A DNA stretch of 64,000 bases, taken from NCBI RefSeq assembly GCF_009914755.1, contig NC_060929.1; one strand, 5' to 3'. The translations under genes were made by a program, and so were the position numbers. The notes under the pieces are model-generated. The model had not been told where the DNA came from and made no database searches. It saw nothing but the letters and a program-made list of their open reading frames with translations. This stretch comes from the human T2T-CHM13v2.0 reference genome, Homo sapiens. Shown here piece after piece: positions 55,638-64,000 of the stretch (its first letter is position 1; each line of letters starts with the position of its first letter).

Positions 55638-58600
55638 GACCTTTGTCAAGGAGAGTGCAGTCAACCAGTAAATTGCAGATTCTCAGAATGTTTATTGACG
55701 TACTGATTATTCATTCTGTTATACTCTAACATCTGTATATTTTTACCAGTATTCTCAGACCACTTCTACCAAAACATAAATCTGTGATTGTGATCTCTGA
55801 AAGTCAGTCCTTTTATCTACTCAAGTAAGTGCAAATTTTAGAAAATAAATCATTTTCCCTAGAAATATAAGTTGTTCTTTTCTTAATTTATCCACTAACT
55901 GTTTAGAAATATGATTAGCTTCTAAGATTTGAAAAACAGTAAATTTTAAATATCATATCTATTGGTTACAGTTTAAAATACTTCCAGAAAATAAGCAGAA
56001 TTGAGTTAATGTTAACTTTATCCAACTAATACTTGAAAAGGATCATTGATTTATATTACTGCCAGCTTAAACCATTTTAATTAATGTACTACTAATCATA
56101 ACAGTGTTAGTTACAATTTTGTCTTCAAGTGCAATAAAGACACATAGATTTGAACTCTTTTGATTATTTTTGGCCTCCTGGTCAATGCCTCACAGTCAAA
56201 ATTTTAATTAAGATTTTGCACTAAAAGTAAAAAGAAAATTGGGATAAAAATGTGCAGTGTGTTTTATTCGTTATGTGGAGGCATCTTTCCTATATCCAAG
56301 TTTAACTAATACTGGTTCTCTACCTGCTTAGATTAACTGGTAAGAATCTTATAAGCATTTCTTACCATCTTGTTATAAACCAAAAATGGCAGTCTTTCCA
56401 CATTTTGACGTAATAATTTTGAGCTTGTTACAAATTAAAATAAAAAATTAAAAACAAATATTACCTTATAAAAATTCAAACCGTATGTATTGAATATTAA
56501 TTTAAATTACTGTTATTAATATTACATAAAATACGCATGTTGTAAAATTTTAAATTACTATCTGGTTAAATAGACTATATATATTCTGTAGAGTCAAATC
56601 AGATTTCGGCAATGTTGTAGAATTTAACTGAATGCCCAGATGGAGGAACTTGATTATATTATAAAAAGGGGACTACAATCCTAGAGTTGGACTCAAGCAC
56701 AAGTATTTCTCATTATTTTGCAGAAGAAGACACTAAGGTTTTCAGAAATTAAATTGCTTTTTGGAAAAGGTGGGAGATTCTGGGAACATAGAAACTTGAA
56801 TCCAGTTTTCTTCAACTCCACGTCAAGACAGTTGCATTGTGTGAGAAAATAGCTACGGCCATTTGTGACAAAATCACATATATGCAATTATGTGAAACTA
56901 ACTGTGTATATATATCTGTGTATGTGTGCATGTACAATATATAAACTATCAATATTTATCAAAGTCCGTACAGCTGCTAGCAATGAGGGGGATCTAGGAT
57001 TCTATCACATGATACCTTTTTATGAGGCCTTTGTTCTTTCCAGTACATTTGTCAGCTCGTTCATGAAAGAGATTCTTAATTATTTACTGAAATATCACAA
57101 AAGTGATGGTGAGCTAGGTTGCCACATTGATCCTGATAGGTCCTTGACAAATTCATATTGACTCTCCACAAATAAAACTCTAAGGCAGTTTTTCCCATTG
57201 TGATGCTTTTGTCTACAATCTTAATTGTTAACTCTTCCAAAGAATAAACACACAATATATCAATTTTTTAACCCATTTAGGTAGAAATATGGGTATATAG
57301 AAAGGAAGAAAGCAAGGCTAACGGTGAGCAGTGGCTAAATGAACAAGAGAACATTCAGTTAAGTATTTCATCTCCAAAATGGTATAAACTGTGGCAGAAA
57401 GTTCTTTGTTGAATCAATAGTTTCGAGACAGACATACAGTAGGGACATCGAAGGTACAAAATAGAGCACTGATGAAGGAGTGAATTATCATCTTCACAGA
57501 TGAGTAGAGAAAGAGAAGGTCTAAGTATTGAGATGAGAATATAGAAATTTCTGAAGCACAACACAGCTCAGAAATTCAATCTGAATATATTCCAATTCAG
57601 TGCCTTGCAATAGATCCATAATGATCGCCTATCTTTCCATCATACAAAGCAATGCATATCATTTAAACATTTTTCTAGCATGAAAATGTGCCTGGGTTAT
57701 GCAATACACACTTTACCAAAATATGATTCTGGTGGCTGTAAGCACTTAATTGTAATGACCTGTAAAATGAGCAACATTTTTAACTCCGAAATTCTAATCA
57801 ATATTAGTTAATGAGGTGTGTGAAAACTTATAATGCTTTTAAATACTCTTAGTAGCCATCATAATACAAATTCTCCCACTTACAGCATATTTAATTTTAA
57901 TCCTTGCAATAATATAAATGAAATACATCTAAAATACTTGATGGTAAGCACTCAAGTAAAAGTCCCCATAACATGGCCTTAAAAAAGGTTAATCTTTTAA
58001 CAACGGGGTCATGAAAACATTTTTGTTATAGATATTTTTATGTTCCTCCTTGTATCAATCAGGATTAAATTTTCAAATGTTCATAACATTTAACAACAGA
58101 CTGAATAAATAACAAAGTTGTTAACACAAAATGAATAAATGTTTTGTATAAGTTAAAAATAGAAGATAGAAAAAATAACTTGGTAATGTGTTTAAAATAT
58201 TTTATGGCCTCTACCCCATTACGTTATTCCATTTTCTCATAACTGTAGACCTTTAGCTACCAAACAGAGGGAAGGAGCATTGTACACTAGTTACCTAGAA
58301 AACAAATCATTTATAGGTCTTATTTTTTGAAAAGGAGATATCTTTTAATTCAACTAAAATGTAAAAGATTGGAAGTGTCCCCCTATCAAGGCTTAGTTTT
58401 ACTATTGCTTAATATAGATGAAGAAAAAATAAATCATATATAAACTCGGGAAGCTTGGGTTTTCTCTTAAAGTAAGCCATGCTGTGATTGTTCCATCTAA
58501 ACAGTTATATCAACTTTACTTTGTATCATATGAAAACAACAGCCTGCTGAATGACTATGTATTGTCTATTTCCACCTGCTAAACAAGACAAGACCACATG

Positions 58601-59205
58601 AAATAGGATCAGCTTAGCCATTACCTTCAGGAAGCTTCAGACATATTGTTTATTGCAAATGGACATATATTATAAATGTATATACAGACACATCTTTGTG
58701 ATATTACTTCCTGAAGTATGTTCTTATGGAAATTTAACTTTGTTCATCCAGTCAGATTTCCAGAAATTTATCTACTGTGATAATTAATATATTATTCTCC
58801 AACTCTTTGTTATTCTCATTCTGTACTTACTTTGCTTTCATCAAAGACATTTTAGCAAAATTAATTTCCAGGACCATTTTCTTAGTGAACTAATGCCATT
58901 TGATCAACAATGGCCATTTTCGTTTTTATCTTGAGGATCACATTGGGCATTTGTCTCTGACTTTTCACTCAGTTTATAATGCATTCTTGTTCCCTTTGGA
59001 GGATGTTTGTTCTTTTTTTCTCTGCTTGCTCCCAACATTAAAATCCAAGGTAAACTCTTAATTAAGTGGAGTTGACAGAAGTCACATTTTCTCTATAAAG
59101 AACAATTGGAATCCACTGGATTTGCCCTATCAAGAAAAAAGAAAATCGTATCTCCAAGAGTAGGTATTGGTAATTAATTAATCCCTAATCTTTTTGAAAA
59201 GTATC

Positions 59206-59574
59206 TGTATTAGTCCATTTTCATGCTGCTGATTAAGTCATACCTGAGACTGGGTAGTTTATCTTAAAAAAAAAAAAAGAGGTTTAATGGACTCATAGTT
59301 CCACGTGGTTGGGGAGGCCTCACAATCATGGCAGAAGGCAAAAGGCACATCTTACATGGTGGCAGGCAAAGGCAATGAGAGTCAAGAGAAAGGGGAAATC
59401 TCTTATAAAATCATCAGATCTCCTGAGACTTATTCACTACCACAAGAACAGTATGGGGAAAACTGTCCCCCCATAATTCAATTATCTCCCACCAGTTCCC
59501 TCCCACAAGATGTGGAATTATGGGAGCTACAATTCGAGATAAGATTTGGGTGGGGACACAGCCAAGCTGTATCA
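59206..59574 (-). mobile_element. THE1 solo LTR
   Basis: 'tgtattagtccattttcatgctgctga...gatttgggtggggacacagccaa..tatca'; TSD (g/t)tatc. Confidence 0.92.
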
Positions 59575-60154
59575 TTATCAGATATCATATTCATCTGGTA
59601 GTGGTCAGTACATCTGTGCACAACCTCAGAGTTGGCTGATTTTTGCTTTTCCTTCCTTACTAACTCACACCAGTGGTTTCCATCCTAAAGTACACAAACC
59701 ATGTTATTTTTCTGCTCTTTGATTTCCTAAGCAGTATACCAGCTACTTTAGGACTGTGTTCCTGTACAGCGCCCCTTTTCTTCACGACCACCTACAAATC
59801 TATTAAGTACTTAAAGACTTTTTTCCTGTGATGGGGATTTTGATGCTTGTTTGTTCTTTCTATGCCAACTTCATACACCTCTGAGTCTCATCCATATGTC
59901 CCAACTGCTCCCTCTAAAACTAAAAGCTACTATTTATTAAGTATTTGCTGCATTTCCAAAATCACTCTAAGTACTTTGTCTACATTGTCTCATGTAATCT
60001 TCACAGTTTTCTGAGTTGTGCATTATATGTTGCTACTGTCCACATTCCTTCACTAAAGTTATGGATTTTAGTTTATTTTAATTAAATGGCCAATGAAGAT
60101 TTTGAGAAGTAACTAGTATCACATAGCAGAGGTGGGAATGCATTTGAAGAGATC

Positions 60155-60970
<816 letters not shown>

Positions 60971-61391
60971 AATGTGTAATTCCAAATTGCATGCTCAATT
61001 TTACAGTATACAGCACTAAACTACATCCTACTGCTTTACTGGGTGACTGTCTTTTAAAGGCCTGCCATGGTCTTTACCGTAATGCTTCAATTTATTTTGC
61101 TTGAGTTGTCCTATATGTTTTTCTAGACCCAATCTCAAGCCATCCTTAGCAAGAATTTTAAGAAAATCTCCCAAATTGTATAAGTACTCAGTCAATGCAG
61201 AATAAGCAGTGCTTTCCCTGATTAGTTCTATTCTGTTTCTTCTGCTTCCTGAACCTCTAGAAAGATCTCACCTGAGTTTCAGTAGAGTCTCTATACATCC
61301 TACATGAATGATCTAATCTCCAACCTCAACAGACTTAAAGTCAGTAATAAGTAAACAGAAAAACTTTGACTCATGTTTAAAATATTTCACT

Positions 61392-61685
61392 TGCCTTGGC
61401 CTCCCAAAGTGTTGGGATTACAGGCGTGAGCCACCACGTCTGGGTGGATCACAAGGTCAGGAGTTCAAGACCAGCCTGGCCAAGATGGTGAAACCCTGTC
61501 TCCACTAAAAATACAAAAATTAGCCAGGCATGGTGGCAGGTGCCTGTAATCCCAGCTTCTCGGGAGGCTGAGGCAGAGAATTGCTTGAACCTGGAAGGCG
61601 GAGGTTGCAATGAGCCAAGATCATGTGACTGCACTCCAGCCTGGGTGACAGAGCAAGTTTCAAAAAATAATAATAAATAATAAAA
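61392..61685 (+). mobile_element. AluS with an inverted 5' end
   Basis: 61392-61443 is the reverse complement of Alu nt ~3-54; from 61443 onward it is forward Alu from GGTGGATCAC. Perfect TSD taaaatatttcact at 61378-61391 and 61686-61699. Confidence 0.93.
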
Positions 61686-62699
61686 TAAAATATTTCACTC
61701 ATAAATTAATTGATTCAATAAATATTTCATTCAAGTACGTACACATTAGTACATGGTTTCAATGATCGTTGATTTAAAACCTTGGAAATAGCTTTAATTC
61801 TATATTACATTTACATCGACATCCACTCAGGTATGAATATTCTGTAGAAAAGTTTTGGTTTTTCCCTTTCCATTCTTTTGTGAAATGTTTGTCTTCCTTG
61901 TCTGCTAACACTTTTTAATATGACAATTATCATTAATTATTCACAAAGTGAGTTAATATTTGCTACATATTTAATGTCTAATTTGTTTCACTATTTTAAA
62001 TGTACTGTACCTGCCTTCTGAAAAGAATGCAAAGCCCTCAAAGTCAAGTGCATAATATAATATCCTTATGGTTTTGCAGCCTACTATTCATTCAGTACTC
62101 AATAACTAGCAATGAACAGCAAATGTAATTATATATATATGTATATATAGAGAGAGAACACTTATGTATATGTAGAACATATATATGTATATATATAGAA
62201 CACACACACACACACATATATATATGAAACATAAGAATTTATGTATAGCTATGCTGAACATTTGGCTATCAGATAAAACTGTAGCTTTACAAATACTTAA
62301 GAACAGAAAAACTGAGATTGCTCCTAGATCTGGGGTGGCCAAAAGAAATGGAATCAGATGTTTTTGTTAATAGGTAATGCCCGAAATCTTATCAGTCATA
62401 AGCACTGGGCCAGACAGACCTGTGCTTAGATATTCTAATAAGGTATACCTTTACTAGTACCTTTGTTAGAAAAAAAGATATCCCCTCTAGGTGGACAAAT
62501 CAGAAAAACAGACCAGCTCTTAACAGGTCAAGCTTAAGAGCACATAGCTTGGTGATGGTGGCAGAGAAGGAATTTTAGACTCTCCGGCTCCCTCCACAAG
62601 GCACTATTGTGCAGCACACACATTGCACAACCTCACAGAGTAGTCTTGGCCTTAGCTGAGGGGATAAAAAGAATTGTTTAGTTAAGAAATGAGATTTAG

Positions 62700-62940
62700 C
62701 AGCTTACATAAATCATTAAGGTGTTTTACGCACTTTTTGTACATCAGTGCCTTACATTAATTAATCCATTTAATTCTACCTGCCATGAGTCTATCCACAC
62801 CCATTTTACTCATGTGGAAACCAAGGCACAGGGAGGTTAAATGGCTTGTCCAAGGTCACACAGCCTTTGAGTGGTAGATTCTGGATTCAAATACATGCAG
62901 CCTGATACTGAAACTCTGTTTGTGAACACTTTATTGCCTT
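62700..62940. mobile_element. MIR
   Basis: 'cccattttac...ggaaaccaaggcacagggaggttaaatggcttgtccaaggtcacacagc'. Confidence 0.8.
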
Positions 62941-64000
62941 TAAACTGATGAAATTAGAATAAATGTAAATTCCTGGGACTATTAAAAAAGTGTAATAAGC
63001 TGTAAGAACGAGGCATTATGAAGTAAAGGAACTCACTTTGGGAAATACCAGCTTAGAACTTAATAGGCTTATGATAGTATTTATAAATAATCAAAGGATC
63101 AAGTTGATAAGCCATTCTGTGACTTGTAGATAAATATCTTATCAGTTTTTGTACCCTGCTGAAATCCTTCCTCAAGAGATTAAATCACCAAAGGGGTTAA
63201 CTCTTTTTTTGTGTGTGCAATTTTTCCACTGCCAATAATTTTGTTCCCTGAGCAGTGAAACAAGTAATTCACAAATCAAGAGCATGTTAGGACTATAGGT
63301 CCTCATTTTCCTAACTGCAAAGAAAATTATTTTAAAAGTAATTTTCCCCTCAGAAGCAATTCCAAGACTGAAGATTAAATATACAGAGAAGCAATGATTC
63401 AGGCTTTTAAAAAAATAGCTTTTTAAAGGAGTATAAGTGAAAACAGTTAAGTCAATATATTTAATTACCAAGATTTTATTGTATCTTTTACTCACATAAA
63501 AAGACTAAAATAAAACGTTTCTGGTTTTCACAGTAACTGATCTGATAATGTCAACTTTTGAAAACAGATAGTTATGACTCAAGGCTTTGAGAATGTAAAG
63601 AGACCACCTTCACTTGTTGAGAAATGGTACGATTTCACGTTATCAGTGCAGTTCCGTTCTCGGGGGAAAGGTAAGCACATAGCTAACTCCAGCTCCAAGC
63701 TGCTATTTCATGATAACAGCTCACGGAGCTGTGGGCCTGCTAAGCCTTTCCCATCTCGTTCTGGAATTCCTCTATAGCCCATCCGTACTACCAGGAGACT
63801 GGATCCGCAAAGTAGACACTTGGTCTCATGAAGCCACTGCTGGGCTCCAGAGAGAAGGGAAAACTAAGAGGTTTTAAAACCCCTACCCTCCTTGGTTTAC
63901 CTCCATCATTAAAAAACAACAATGACAACGACAACAAAAAACAAAACTAAAACGACTTATTATTTATTAATTATGTTGTGGCAGACAATATGCTGAACAT

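Overview
Primate (very likely human) AT-rich, repeat-dense genomic DNA with no intact conventional protein-coding gene. The landmark is a pro-MCH-like retrocopy at ~54049-55637. Its 86-aa spliced ORF (MLSQKPKKKH...DFDTLSCMLGRVYQSCWQV) matches my recollection of PMCHL1 (5p14, reported inside a CDH12 intron); the PMCHL2 duplicate cannot be excluded without alignment. The sequence itself shows how this copy was built: an antisense (AROM/PARPBP-type) transcript was retroposed with a twin-priming inversion into an L2, which supplies the ATG. Other content: a HERV-H provirus (6357-11794) with a 5' LTR7 but no 3' LTR, an old L1 carrying a small inversion/duplication, about a dozen Alus (one 5'-inverted, one head-to-head pair 23 bp apart), many solo LTRs/MaLRs, MER58A, L2/MIR, a perfect 34-bp palindrome and a candidate unidentified retrocopy. 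I found no convincing novel multi-gene system; the unusual signals are structural and retrotranspositional. Repeat family names come from memory of consensus sequences, and boundaries of old repeats are approximate.
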